From a virus (lineage: Duplodnaviria; Caudoviricetes): a stretch of DNA of 64,000 bases. Numbering within the stretch: the first letter of the stretch is position 1; every line of letters begins with the position of its first letter. The DNA lies in IMG/VR virus record IMGVR_UViG_3300033412_000009, positions 5,434 to 69,433 of that record. One strand, given 5' to 3'. Of the stretch, positions 1 through 8,517 are shown piece after piece. Both the position numbers and the translations under genes were made by a program. The notes under the pieces were generated by a model, which was given only the letters and a program-made list of their open reading frames with translations, searched no databases and was not told where the DNA came from.

Positions 1-346
1 CGGCCTGGTGCTTCCAGAACTCACATCGGCTGGTGAACTCTGAGCCGCAGGCACACCGAGTCTTCGTGTCCCAGCCCGGCGTCGGGACCTCGACGTGGGC
101 GGGGACGTAGCCGGTGCCCTTGCAGGTCGGGCAGAGGCTTGGCATCAGCGAGCGCCGCGGGTCGACTGGATCAACGATCGACCCTCCGTCGCACGTCGGG
201 CACTCCGGTCGTTGCAGCACGAGGATCGAGTGCTCGTCGGCGTCAGGGTCGATGCCGAGGGCTTCGAGGATGTTCGTCGCGTCGATGCTGGCGAACCCGG
301 ATCCGGGAGTGAGCAGATCGACGATGTCCTTGTGGATCGTGGTCAC
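1..346 (-). CDS. Hypothetical protein with CxxCxG zinc-finger motifs (partial, runs off the left edge)
   Basis: Hand translation from GTG at 346, coupled to the stop at 343: MTTIHKDIVDLL...ECPTCDGG...LCPTCKGTG...RCACG. Confidence 0.6.
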   Translation of the reverse strand, partial: MTTIHKDIVDLLTPGSGFASIDATNILEALGIDPDADEHSILVLQRPECPTCDGGSIVDPVDPRRSLMPSLCPTCKGTGYVPAHVEVPTPGWDTKTRCACGSEFTSRCEFWKHQA

Positions 347-807
347 GGGTTCACCGCCTCGATGCGCGCCTTGCGCCACACCGCCGGAGCTGCGGCCACC
401 GGGTCGTCGTAGTGGCCCGAGCCGAGGCCGAGGACCGGCGCGGTGTCGAGATGGAAGGTCAGGACGGGCGGCGGGTCGGAGCCGTCGCCGGTGATCTTCA
501 CCACCGGCAGTGCCCGCCCGAGGGTGCGGGCCGGGATGACGCAGTTCGTCCAGAACTCCCAGCCGTTCAGCCAGTACTTGTCGACGGGCTCGTAGTAGTC
601 GTGCAGCGACTCCGAGGCTGGCCCCAGCTTGATGGCGCAGGAGTGCGGCTCGCGCGGCCCGTGGACGCCGCTCGGGTCGGGGGTCGAGGACCAGAAGATC
701 TCCCGCAGGACGTAGGTCACCGGCGGTGGGACCGGGGGCGGGTTGATGACGGGCGGAGCGCAGCCGATGAGCGCTGCCGCTGTGGCGACGAGCAGGAGGC
801 GCCTCAT
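343..807 (-). CDS. Predicted lipoprotein
   Basis: ATG at 807 overlaps the upstream stop; MRRLLLVATAAALIGC is a signal peptide with lipobox, followed by a Pro-rich linker. Confidence 0.7.
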   Translation of the reverse strand: MRRLLLVATAAALIGCAPPVINPPPVPPPVTYVLREIFWSSTPDPSGVHGPREPHSCAIKLGPASESLHDYYEPVDKYWLNGWEFWTNCVIPARTLGRALPVVKITGDGSDPPPVLTFHLDTAPVLGLGSGHYDDPVAAAPAVWRKARIEAVNP

Positions 808-1286
808 GTGCCCAGCACCCCTACGGCCATGTAGCCGTCTCGTGACAGTGGCAGGGCGAGCACCCACCAGAAGTCCTCGCGCTGGTCGAAGTGGCAGCGG
901 AAGTCTGGGTCGCCGGGGATGTAGCCGTTCGTCGCCCAGCAGACCGCCTTCTTCGTGAAGGCCGGGTCGTTCTTGTAGCCCGACGCCTTGACGGTGGGCA
1001 GCGAGTGCTTCGGGCCGGAGAGGCACGCCTGCGACCAGAGGATGTACTGCGACGGGCTCACGTAGGCCGGGCGGAAGTGCGCCTCGAAGCCGGGATTGGA
1101 GACCGCCTGGTCGTAGAGGACGACCGTGCAGTTGAGCGACGCCTGGCCGTTGGTCGGCGGGCTCCACGTCCAGATCTGGTTCACGGCCTGCGTCACGGCG
1201 TCGATGAGTCGATCCAGGGGCGAGCAGGCCGTCTGCGTGAGCAGCGACAGCGCCAGGAGAGAGGCCAGCAGGGCTCGGAACTTCAT
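804..1286 (-). CDS. Predicted lipoprotein or secreted Cys/Trp-rich protein
   Basis: MKFRALLASLLALSLLTQTAC signal peptide with possible lipobox; SD GAGGAG upstream. Confidence 0.7.
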   Translation of the reverse strand: MKFRALLASLLALSLLTQTACSPLDRLIDAVTQAVNQIWTWSPPTNGQASLNCTVVLYDQAVSNPGFEAHFRPAYVSPSQYILWSQACLSGPKHSLPTVKASGYKNDPAFTKKAVCWATNGYIPGDPDFRCHFDQREDFWWVLALPLSRDGYMAVGVLGT

Positions 1287-1468
1287 GAGTGCTCCTCACA
1301 GGTCAGGGGCCCGATCCAACCTCCGAAGCCGTCGGGCTTCTGGCGGTTCGGGTTCGGGCAGTTCGTCACGGTGCAGATCCGAGCTTCGATCCGCGCCGCC
1401 TTCTCCTTGTTCCACCAGCCCCGATGGGGACCGCCGTCCATCGGTCGGGGCCGGGACTCAGTCGCCAC
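1283..1468 (-). CDS. Hypothetical protein
   Basis: 61-aa ORF overlapping both neighbours in the same orientation. Confidence 0.45.
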   Translation of the reverse strand: MATESRPRPMDGGPHRGWWNKEKAARIEARICTVTNCPNPNRQKPDGFGGWIGPLTCEEHS

Positions 1469-1658
1469 GGGCGTGCGCCGCCGAGCACCTGGCCAGCACC
1501 TTCATCAGGGTGTCGGCCTCGACCTTGGAGAGCGACAGCTTGGCGTCGATCTTCAGGAACGTGCCCTCGTAGAGGGTCCACTCGACCGCGGTCTCCGGAT
1601 GGGCGAGGAAGCCCAGCAGGATGCTGGCCAGCACCTCTTCGTCGGTGGTCTCACTCAT
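1458..1658 (-). CDS. Hypothetical protein
   Basis: 66-aa ORF with GC3-rich codons and an upstream AGGGGAG. Confidence 0.6.
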   Translation of the reverse strand: MSETTDEEVLASILLGFLAHPETAVEWTLYEGTFLKIDAKLSLSKVEADTLMKVLARCSAAHARGD

Positions 1659-1788
1659 GGTCTCCCCTTCCGCGCACTAGCGGCTCGATGAGCCAGACGA
1701 TGGCTCCTACCAGGATGAACGTGACGATGACCGTAGCGCGTGGGTCTACCCGGAGCGCCACGAACGTCTTGGCCAGGAACTCGATCAC
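1651..1788 (-). CDS. Small single-TM membrane protein (45 aa, not in ORF track)
   Basis: Hand translation MIEFLAKTFVALRVDPRATVIVTFILVGAIVWLIEPLVRGRGDHE; GTG lies 6 nt after a TATACT box. Confidence 0.55.
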   Translation of the reverse strand: MIEFLAKTFVALRVDPRATVIVTFILVGAIVWLIEPLVRGRGDHE

Positions 1789-1794
1789 CCTTCG

Positions 1795-1822
1795 AGTATA
1801 CACCCCCGTCAACGTGTAAACT
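1795..1822. promoter_or_regulatory. Back-to-back divergent -10 boxes for leaderless genes
   Basis: Minus gtgTATACT (1795-1800) 6 nt before GTG 1788; plus gtgTAAACT (1817-1822) 7 nt before ATG 1830. Confidence 0.65.
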
Positions 1823-1829
1823 CAACTCC

Positions 1830-2078
1830 ATGGAGCCCATCGAGATCTCTCATCTTTCCCTTCACGCCCGCTTCGTCGCCGACTACCCAGTCACCGTCGG
1901 CGACCCCGTCCACTTCTCGATCACCATCGGAGACCAGATCATCGACCTTCAGGGCTGGATCCAGGAGTGCCGCTACGACCCCGAGGTCCACGACGGCTAC
2001 CAGGTGTCCGCCGTCTACCGGATCCCCCGCCCGCCGCGCCCCGCCAGTGAGCACGACGCCCTGGACGACGCGTTCTGA
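1830..2078 (+). CDS. Hypothetical protein, possible PilZ-like beta-barrel
   Basis: MEPIEISHLSLHARFVADYPVTVGDPVHFSITIGDQIIDLQGWIQECRY...YQVSAVY pattern. Confidence 0.55.
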   Translation: MEPIEISHLSLHARFVADYPVTVGDPVHFSITIGDQIIDLQGWIQECRYDPEVHDGYQVSAVYRIPRPPRPASEHDALDDAF

Positions 2079-2302
2079 TGGGATTCAGACAGGAGGTGGC
2101 CGTGACCATCATGGCTGACATCTGCCGCGAGTCCGGCTACCCCGACTCGACGGCCTACAACGCGGCGCTCAACGAGTGCCTCCGCATCATGATCGCCACG
2201 TCGGACGACTTCAAGGCTGGCCGCGCGGACGCCTACGAGTTGTGCTCGAAGCTCCGCATGTACAAGCTGGTCGCCGACCGTCTCTTCCGAGGAGTCCCAT
2301 GA
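2078..2302 (+). CDS. Hypothetical protein
   Basis: TGATG coupling to the previous gene; 74 aa. Confidence 0.6.
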   Translation: MGFRQEVAVTIMADICRESGYPDSTAYNAALNECLRIMIATSDDFKAGRADAYELCSKLRMYKLVADRLFRGVP

Positions 2303-2466
2303 CCGTCGAACATCGTGTCGTCGGGTCCATCGACGAGGAGTGCTACGCCGACTTCTGGGAGGCGCTCTGCGACGAGGACGGCTGCGACTGGCGCACCAAC
2401 ACCTTCACCGAGGAGCGCGCCCGCGCTCACCTCGCTGCTCACCGGGCGATGATGCACGAGGACTAG
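2299..2466 (+). CDS. Hypothetical protein with C/H zinc-finger-like motif
   Basis: ATGA overlap; ALCDEDGCDW...AHLAAH. Confidence 0.55.
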   Translation: MTVEHRVVGSIDEECYADFWEALCDEDGCDWRTNTFTEERARAHLAAHRAMMHED

Positions 2467-2475
2467 GGTTGGCCC

Positions 2476-2778
2476 ATGCGCCGAGCCTTCTACCTCGGGC
2501 CGTTCCTGCTGCTGCTTCTCGGCTGCCTCCCCCCGTTCCGGGGACCGTCGCCCAAGCCGCTGCCCAACCCCTACGACGGCCACCACTGGCGCCTGAACTA
2601 CTGCGCGCCGAACGTCCGCTGCATCGTGTGGATCGACCATCACACCGACGGCGCCTACGTTCTCGGCCCCGTCGCCCCGCAGTACGGCTGGCCGTGGTGC
2701 CAGTTCAAGGAAGGCGACGAGTACGTCTCGGAGGGCGACTTCAAGACCACCCTCCCTCCCCCGCCGTTCTGCCCCTAG
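2476..2778 (+). CDS. Predicted lipoprotein
   Basis: MRRAFYLGPFLLLLLGC lipobox; TAGGGT box 6 nt upstream. Confidence 0.7.
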   Translation: MRRAFYLGPFLLLLLGCLPPFRGPSPKPLPNPYDGHHWRLNYCAPNVRCIVWIDHHTDGAYVLGPVAPQYGWPWCQFKEGDEYVSEGDFKTTLPPPPFCP

Positions 2779-2783
2779 ACGCG

Positions 2784-2858
2784 ACGAAGCCCTGGGCTGT
2801 CGTACCAACCCAGGGCTTCGTGCTCACCTCATCCCCCAGGGGGGACCATGAGGATGAG
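2784..2858. terminator. Tandem hairpins between convergent genes (probable bidirectional terminator)
   Basis: acgaagccctggg...cccagggcttcgt 13-bp stem (2784-2821), then cctcat-cccc...gggg-atgagg stem. Confidence 0.65.
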
Positions 2859-2861
2859 GGA

Positions 2862-3194
2862 TCAGGCGGCGGTGCCGTTCTGGTAGCTGGCGTAGAACCG
2901 CATCTCGTTGCCGTCGTCGCTCTTGCGCTGGGCGGTCTTGACGCCCCGGCGCTGCATCCCGGTGCGGAGGTTCGAGGCCACCCGCTGGACCCGGCGCTGA
3001 TCGCCGACCGAGACGTTCGGGAGCGTGGCGAACAGGAACCACGTTCCCGGGCTCGTCTTGCAGATCTCGGCGAGCTTCTCCAGCTCGGGGTTGGCCGGGC
3101 GGCCGGGGCCACCCTTGAACGGGATGGCCGGGGGCAGCTCATCGACTGCCGTCGGCGTGTAGACGATGTCGAAGGTTGACGCCTTCGTGCTCAT
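2862..3194 (-). CDS. Hypothetical protein, possibly DNA-binding
   Basis: MSTKASTFDIVY...GGPGRPANPELEKLAEICKTSPGTWF; SD AGGAG upstream. Confidence 0.65.
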   Translation of the reverse strand: MSTKASTFDIVYTPTAVDELPPAIPFKGGPGRPANPELEKLAEICKTSPGTWFLFATLPNVSVGDQRRVQRVASNLRTGMQRRGVKTAQRKSDDGNEMRFYASYQNGTAA

Positions 3195-3400
3195 GCTGGT
3201 GCTCCTGTGATTGGTTGGACTTGGGTCTTGTGGAGTGTGCGGAAGGCTCCGTCGTCGAACTGCACGCGGCACTGATTGCCGTGACGGCCGTGAGTCCTCC
3301 AAGCGACGAGGCTAGCCCAGGTGGGCTGACGGTCGGCGGTTACCCAGACGGGTCCCCTCCGTGCTGCCCACCTGATCATGAACTCCTCACTGAACTCCAC
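3191..3400 (-). CDS. Hypothetical protein
   Basis: 69 aa; leaderless GTG 7 nt after TATACT. Confidence 0.6.
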   Translation of the reverse strand: MEFSEEFMIRWAARRGPVWVTADRQPTWASLVAWRTHGRHGNQCRVQFDDGAFRTLHKTQVQPITGAPA

Positions 3401-3407
3401 GTCTTCA

Positions 3408-3435
3408 AGTATACACGGTGTTTACCGAGATGCAA
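3408..3435 (-). promoter_or_regulatory. Housekeeping-sigma-type promoter (leaderless)
   Basis: TTGCAT (3430-3435) - 16 nt - TATACT (3408-3413), start codon at 3400. Confidence 0.65.
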
Positions 3436-3442
3436 CCACTAC

Positions 3443-4087
3443 CTACCAGGACTTTCCCCACTTCGCCTGAAGCAGGAGGCGGTCGGAACCAAGCTCGGCC
3501 ATGACCTCGGGGTAGTGCTGTGACGAGGTTCCACCACCAGGGGGATGCTGCACATGCACCCCCTCCACCACCATTGCCTTGCCCCCCATGAACCGGCACG
3601 TGTAGACCAGGTCATCGTCGCCGCCCCACCAGTTGAACAAGGGGTCGAACTCCAGACGCGACTCGGGCCGCAGCATGAAGGCGAAGCCACCAATGCCGTG
3701 CTCGCGGAACGAACCGACAGCCTCCCGCAGCCCGAGGCGCTTGTGGCGCTCGTAGTCGAACCCGGCGATCCACACGTCCGTGCGGGCCTTCAGCGTCTCG
3801 GCCACGCGCGAGCACGCCGAGTACTCCAGGACGATGTCGTCGTTCAGCACCGCCACCCAGTCGTCGCCCTCCAGACGCGCTGCCCGGATACCGACGTTCC
3901 ACGCCTGGAAGACGTTGAAGCCCTCGCAGCGGTGGTAGCGGACGCGGTCGTCAAGGATCGAGGCATCCAGCTCACCGCGGTTGTCGACCACGAGCACCTC
4001 GACTCCGTCCTCGATCAGCGTCTCAGTGAGCGGGATGAGCGTCTCGTTCGAGCGTCCAACCGATGCGATCACCGCGGAGATCACCAT
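3443..4087 (-). CDS. Glycosyltransferase, GT2/GT-A fold
   Basis: VLVVDN, AWNVGIRAA, VAVLNDD (DxD), WWGGDDDL motifs. Confidence 0.85.
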   Translation of the reverse strand: MVISAVIASVGRSNETLIPLTETLIEDGVEVLVVDNRGELDASILDDRVRYHRCEGFNVFQAWNVGIRAARLEGDDWVAVLNDDIVLEYSACSRVAETLKARTDVWIAGFDYERHKRLGLREAVGSFREHGIGGFAFMLRPESRLEFDPLFNWWGGDDDLVYTCRFMGGKAMVVEGVHVQHPPGGGTSSQHYPEVMAELGSDRLLLQAKWGKSW

Positions 4088-4647
4088 GTCGGCAGCCCCG
4101 ACGTGTTCCCGCCGTGGTGGTAGATCCAGGTCTCGTCCGGGATCATCTCGAAGCGGGCCTCGCGGTCACGCAGCTCGGTGAAGTAGTGGTACTCCTCGCC
4201 GCCGCCCGCGATCGTCTTCAATCCTTCGGTGAACCTTGCACGGCGTGCCACCTCACGTCGGGCAAGAACAGTGACCGGGAAGGCGGGCATGGGACCGGAT
4301 GCAGGCACTCCGCACGCGCGGTTCCCGGGGAATGGATCGGAACCTCCCTGTACCCGGAACCAAGGAACCACCACATCGGCTCCGGAGGCTTCAGCCGCGT
4401 CCAGGCACCGGCGGAGGTGATGCGGCTGGAATTCGTCGTCGTCGTCGAGGAACGCGACCCACGTCGTCTGCGCCTGTACGAGCCCTCTGTTCCGATTGGC
4501 ACCGGCACCTCTCTTCTCCCAGTCGATGTTGACGATCAGCGCCTCGGGCTGATGGGTCTGAGCCCACGCCGAGGCGATCGCGCGGTCCAGCTTCTTGCCG
4601 ATCCGGGGCGGGATCCCCGTGATCAGAACGGTGACGTCCCGGTCCAT
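4081..4647 (-). CDS. Glycosyltransferase, GT2/GT-A fold
   Basis: ATG 4647; GAGANRNRGLVQAQTTWVAFLDDDDEF, GGGEEY motifs. Confidence 0.85.
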   Translation of the reverse strand: MDRDVTVLITGIPPRIGKKLDRAIASAWAQTHQPEALIVNIDWEKRGAGANRNRGLVQAQTTWVAFLDDDDEFQPHHLRRCLDAAEASGADVVVPWFRVQGGSDPFPGNRACGVPASGPMPAFPVTVLARREVARRARFTEGLKTIAGGGEEYHYFTELRDREARFEMIPDETWIYHHGGNTSGLPTW

Positions 4648-5321
4648 CAGTCGTCCCGGGTGTGCGACATCCAAGCGACGTAGTCGTTGGTCCGCAGATG
4701 CCCGGGCAGCTCGAAGGGCCGGTACCCGGCGCGCCACAGCAGATAGGGCTCCGAGATCTGATCCTGGTAGGTCCAGGAGAGCTGCTCGGCGAGCCAGGCG
4801 TTCCCGAACGCCTCGTGGTCGTAGGCGGCCGGGTGGTAGACGATCATCCCCGTCGCCCACAGTCCCCAGTGCCTCGGCAGGCCGTTCCACAAGTACGTCC
4901 TGGCCTGACTGAGGACTTCCTGGTCCCGGTACTTGTGCATCGTTTCTGAAACGACTGCTTCATCCATGACGTCATCACGGTCGGGGTGCTTGAACTGGCC
5001 CATCGCCTGGGTCATCGGCACCGACTTGACGGCCTCGACGAACCGGTCCACGTTGGTGATCCGAGCCGCGGCGTCGATCCACACGACCGTCTCGGTCGGC
5101 GACAGCCAGAAGTCCCACGGCTTGCACTTCGGCACCTTCGCCGCGAGCCGGGGATGGACGTGAGGGACGGGCTGAATGCACATCTCCTGCCAGCCAGCGT
5201 CCAGCCGGGCCTCGCCGACGTCTCGGCTGTCGGTGACGACCATCGAGGCGATCTCGGGATGGACGGGAGCGGGCTGGGTGAAGTCGTAGCCGCCGTACGC
5301 GGCAGTCACAACGGTGATCAT
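4647..5321 (-). CDS. DUF616-like (TOD1/MUCI70-like) glycosyltransferase
   Basis: VVTAAYGGYD, VWIDA, FKHPDRDDVMDEA, W-x3-Q-x4-QDQISEPYLLW. Confidence 0.7.
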   Translation of the reverse strand: MITVVTAAYGGYDFTQPAPVHPEIASMVVTDSRDVGEARLDAGWQEMCIQPVPHVHPRLAAKVPKCKPWDFWLSPTETVVWIDAAARITNVDRFVEAVKSVPMTQAMGQFKHPDRDDVMDEAVVSETMHKYRDQEVLSQARTYLWNGLPRHWGLWATGMIVYHPAAYDHEAFGNAWLAEQLSWTYQDQISEPYLLWRAGYRPFELPGHLRTNDYVAWMSHTRDD

Positions 5322-6154
5322 CGGTAGTCGCTCAACCTCTCTCTGTACCAAGCGACGGTGTCGAACAGGTCCCGGTAGCGGAACCGGGGCTGCCAGCCGA
5401 GGAGATCCCAGCCTTCGCCCTCGGCCACGATCTGCGTCGGCTCCTCGCCCCGCCTCATCGGCAGGTACTCGTGCGGGACGTTCGTGTTCGTCAGCTCCTG
5501 GATCATCTCGGCCACCTTGTTCACGGTGAAGGACTGGCCGGTCCCGCCGTCGAACACCTCGTCGTCACCGAACTGGGAGGCGTCGGCCAGCATCATCGCC
5601 AGATCCGACGTGTGGATCAGATCGACACCTTGCGTCCCGTCGCCCCAGATCGGGATCGGCTGACCGAGCAGCGCCTTGATGGCGAACGTCGGCACGATCT
5701 TCTGCGGATGGCCGTGGCCGTACGCCTGGCCGGGCCCGAACGCGTTGAACGCCCGCACATGGGAGACCGGCACGTCGAACTCACGGTGGAAGCAGGTCGC
5801 CAGCCGCGTCGCGCACACCTTCGTCGCCGTGTAGACCGACGGGAACACCTGGGGCATCGTGATCCCCACGTAGTTCGCCCCGTGCCGGTAGCACGCCTGC
5901 AAGACGTTCACCGTCCCGATGACGTTCACCTGCACGGCGTGCTCGACCGAGTCGAACAGCTCGTGGGTGCCGAGCACTCCGGCAAGGTGGATCACGAACT
6001 CGGCTCCGTCAACGAAGTCCAAGACAGCCATCGAGTCCTCGACGCCGCCCTCCTCCAGGCCGTAGACCTCGGGCATGTAGCCCCGCCGCTCCAGCTCCTC
6101 GACCACGGGCCTACCGATGAACCCGTCCCCGCCTGTCACGACCACTCGACTCAT
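5318..6154 (-). CDS. NAD-dependent nucleotide-sugar epimerase/dehydratase (extended SDR)
   Basis: VVVTGGDGFIG Rossmann motif, HLAG, YTATK (YxxxK), VRAFNAFGPG, IWGDGTQGVDLIH. Confidence 0.9.
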   Translation of the reverse strand: MSRVVVTGGDGFIGRPVVEELERRGYMPEVYGLEEGGVEDSMAVLDFVDGAEFVIHLAGVLGTHELFDSVEHAVQVNVIGTVNVLQACYRHGANYVGITMPQVFPSVYTATKVCATRLATCFHREFDVPVSHVRAFNAFGPGQAYGHGHPQKIVPTFAIKALLGQPIPIWGDGTQGVDLIHTSDLAMMLADASQFGDDEVFDGGTGQSFTVNKVAEMIQELTNTNVPHEYLPMRRGEEPTQIVAEGEGWDLLGWQPRFRYRDLFDTVAWYRERLSDYR

Positions 6155-6713
6155 AGGGCTTCTCCAAGATCGCGTGGCCCTCCCAACCGTTGAGGACCGT
6201 CCACCCCGGACGATCGTCCAGGCCGTCGGCATGGTAGGTGCCGAGCGGCGCCCAGGTCTTGATCCCGTAGTCCGCGTTGGGCTTGAACGGCCCCTCGCAG
6301 AAGTACAGGAGCGACTCCGGGAACCACCACTGGCTCACGTGGGTCGGATCGGCGATCGGCTGCCAGCCGATGTGGTTCTTCATCGGCTCGCCGGTGGTCG
6401 GGTCCGTGTAGCCGACGAGGGGCAGGACGATCGTGAAAGTACCGCCGGGACGAAGAACGCGCCAGGCTTCGTTGAAGACGTCGATCCGGGGCTGCCCGGA
6501 GGGGATGTGCTCCAGGAAGTGGGAGCAGTAGACCTCGTCGGCCACCTCCTGGTTCAGGTAGGAGGCGTGCGTCGGGTCGTTCGGCACCGGATTGAACGCC
6601 TGCCACGGCGTCACGGCCGCATCCTGCGCCGGAGACCGCCTCGGATGGTGCAGGTCGATGATGTAGTCCGCTCGTGGGTGTGGTTTGGTCCCTCCACCCA
6701 GTTCTATGAGCAC
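6111..6713 (-). CDS. Class I SAM-dependent methyltransferase (probably sugar O-methylation)
   Basis: IELGGG, SHFLEHI, NEAWRVLRPGG, ADPTH motifs. Confidence 0.8.
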   Translation of the reverse strand: MLIELGGGTKPHPRADYIIDLHHPRRSPAQDAAVTPWQAFNPVPNDPTHASYLNQEVADEVYCSHFLEHIPSGQPRIDVFNEAWRVLRPGGTFTIVLPLVGYTDPTTGEPMKNHIGWQPIADPTHVSQWWFPESLLYFCEGPFKPNADYGIKTWAPLGTYHADGLDDRPGWTVLNGWEGHAILEKPYESSGRDRRGRVHR

Positions 6714-7771
6714 ACCGACTCCCAAGCCTCGATCCAGCGGCCCGCTTGGGCCTCAATCGTGCGAGATTCCATCATTTCGCGGTTCCTACCCCCGATTTCG
6801 GCCCTCATTTCGGCATTTGAGAGCAGATTGGACAGGAAAGCGACCCATTGGGCCGGTTTGCGGGCCAAATAGCCCATCAGGCCCTCCGAATGGGCCGAAA
6901 TGTACGGATCTGTGGGCGAAGCGACGTAAGGAAGGCCCACAGCGGCGTATTCGAGCCCTTTGAGGGCAGATTTGGCCTGATTGAAGGCTGTCATGGCCAA
7001 CGGGACGATTCCGACGTCCATATTGGCCGTGAAGTGGGCGTAGACGTCGATCGGAGCGTATGGATCGCTCTGAATCGCCGATTCCGGGATCGAAGCGGCC
7101 TTTGCGACCCCTCCAGGGCCCCCAACGACGTAGAAATGGGCGTCAAATCGCCTCAGAACGGTCGAAAGAGCCCCTCTCATGACCTGCAAATCGTCCGGAT
7201 GGGTGCCAACTTGGCCCATCCAGCCCACTCTGAGGCCCTCCCAGGACTCTGTCGGAGCGGCCGACAAATGGCCCTCTGGGACGAAATTCGGGAGGATCTT
7301 GACCCTTCCGTGGCCTCCGTAGCGCTTCGCGAGGGCCGGAGTGGTCACCGTGACCAGATCTGCGAGCTGAGTGCTCTCTTTCAGCCATTCGCGGTTCGCC
7401 CAGCGGCTCTGGAGGGGGTTGGAGTGCGGATAGGCGACATTTCGGGTCGAGATCGTGTCGAAGTCGTCGTCAACCTCGACGATCACCTTCACTCCGTGGG
7501 CCTGGTAGAGCGGAATCGACTGGGTCTGCCGGTGATCGAGGGCGCGCTGGATGACCAACACGTCGCATTCGGGCTTCACGACGGCCATGATCTTGTGGAA
7601 GCCGTTCGTCATCACGGCCTCGGTGGCGGTGAGGGCCGCCCTGTTCTCTTCGCCGGGCATCAGCAGCTCGACGTCGGCGCCCATCGCCTTGGCCGCGAGG
7701 GCGGGGTAGATCATCCTCATGTAGCCGCATCCCGCCGTGTCGGTGGGCACGACCCAGATCTTGGGCCTCAC
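6704..7771 (-). CDS. Glycosyltransferase, GT4-like/GT-B fold
   Basis: AGCGYMRMIYP, EVDDDF, ADLVTVTTPALA, VGWMG, NQAKSALKGLEYAAVGLPYVAS. Confidence 0.85.
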   Translation of the reverse strand: MRPKIWVVPTDTAGCGYMRMIYPALAAKAMGADVELLMPGEENRAALTATEAVMTNGFHKIMAVVKPECDVLVIQRALDHRQTQSIPLYQAHGVKVIVEVDDDFDTISTRNVAYPHSNPLQSRWANREWLKESTQLADLVTVTTPALAKRYGGHGRVKILPNFVPEGHLSAAPTESWEGLRVGWMGQVGTHPDDLQVMRGALSTVLRRFDAHFYVVGGPGGVAKAASIPESAIQSDPYAPIDVYAHFTANMDVGIVPLAMTAFNQAKSALKGLEYAAVGLPYVASPTDPYISAHSEGLMGYLARKPAQWVAFLSNLLSNAEMRAEIGGRNREMMESRTIEAQAGRWIEAWESVCS

Positions 7772-8517
7772 GACGTCTTCCGGAAGAGGAAGAGCTGCTC
7801 GTAGTCCTCACGCATGTCGTGGTTGGCGCCGTGGCGGAGCTTGCGGGCCTTCACCGTGTCCCAGCGCTTCAGCTCGAACTCGCGGGCCAGGATCTTCTCG
7901 ACGGTCCAGGGGACGACGAGGCGCAACTCGTGCTTGCGGTAGTGGTTGGCGATGTTCCACAGCAGCCAGCCGCCTTCGGGAAGCACGATCGAGATGGAGC
8001 GGATCGCCTCGGAGAGGATCTGCTGGTACTTCGGGCCCCACTGGTACTTGGCGGCGGACTCGTCGGAGAGGCGGCGGCCGAGCGCGATGGCGTAGGTGTG
8101 CCGCTGGGAGCCCTTCGGATCACCGAGGTACTGGTCGGCCATCCGGTTCCCGTAGGGCGGCGAGGTGATGATCATCTGCGGGTCGAAAGCCTTGACCTCA
8201 ACGAGATCTTGAAGCTTCGTGGCGTCACCTTGAACCGTAGCTTCACCCTGCTGGGCCCACTCAGGCTCGATCTCAACTCCAAGGTAAGACCGTGGCGTCC
8301 CGGAGAACGAGAAGTCCCCGAGGGTGGCGTGGAGGCGGCGCACCCCCTCCGGCCCGGCGAACGGGTCGAGGATGCGCGCCGCCGACGACGGGACTAGCTG
8401 TCGGATCGAGGCGAGGACTTCGTCGGAGTAGGACGCCGGGAACCGGCACGAAGACGGCGTTCGATCATCCGAGCCTTCTTCACCGTGATCCCCGGATTCG
8501 GGGGTGTCGCCGTCCAT
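7768..8517 (-). CDS. Orphan DNA amino-methyltransferase (N4-C or N6-A), motif I before motif IV; start uncertain
   Basis: ILDPFAG (motif I), GVEIEPEW, GDAT, IITSPPYGNR (motif IV), VLPEGGWLLWN. Confidence 0.85.
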   Translation of the reverse strand: MDGDTPESGDHGEEGSDDRTPSSCRFPASYSDEVLASIRQLVPSSAARILDPFAGPEGVRRLHATLGDFSFSGTPRSYLGVEIEPEWAQQGEATVQGDATKLQDLVEVKAFDPQMIITSPPYGNRMADQYLGDPKGSQRHTYAIALGRRLSDESAAKYQWGPKYQQILSEAIRSISIVLPEGGWLLWNIANHYRKHELRLVVPWTVEKILAREFELKRWDTVKARKLRHGANHDMREDYEQLFLFRKTS

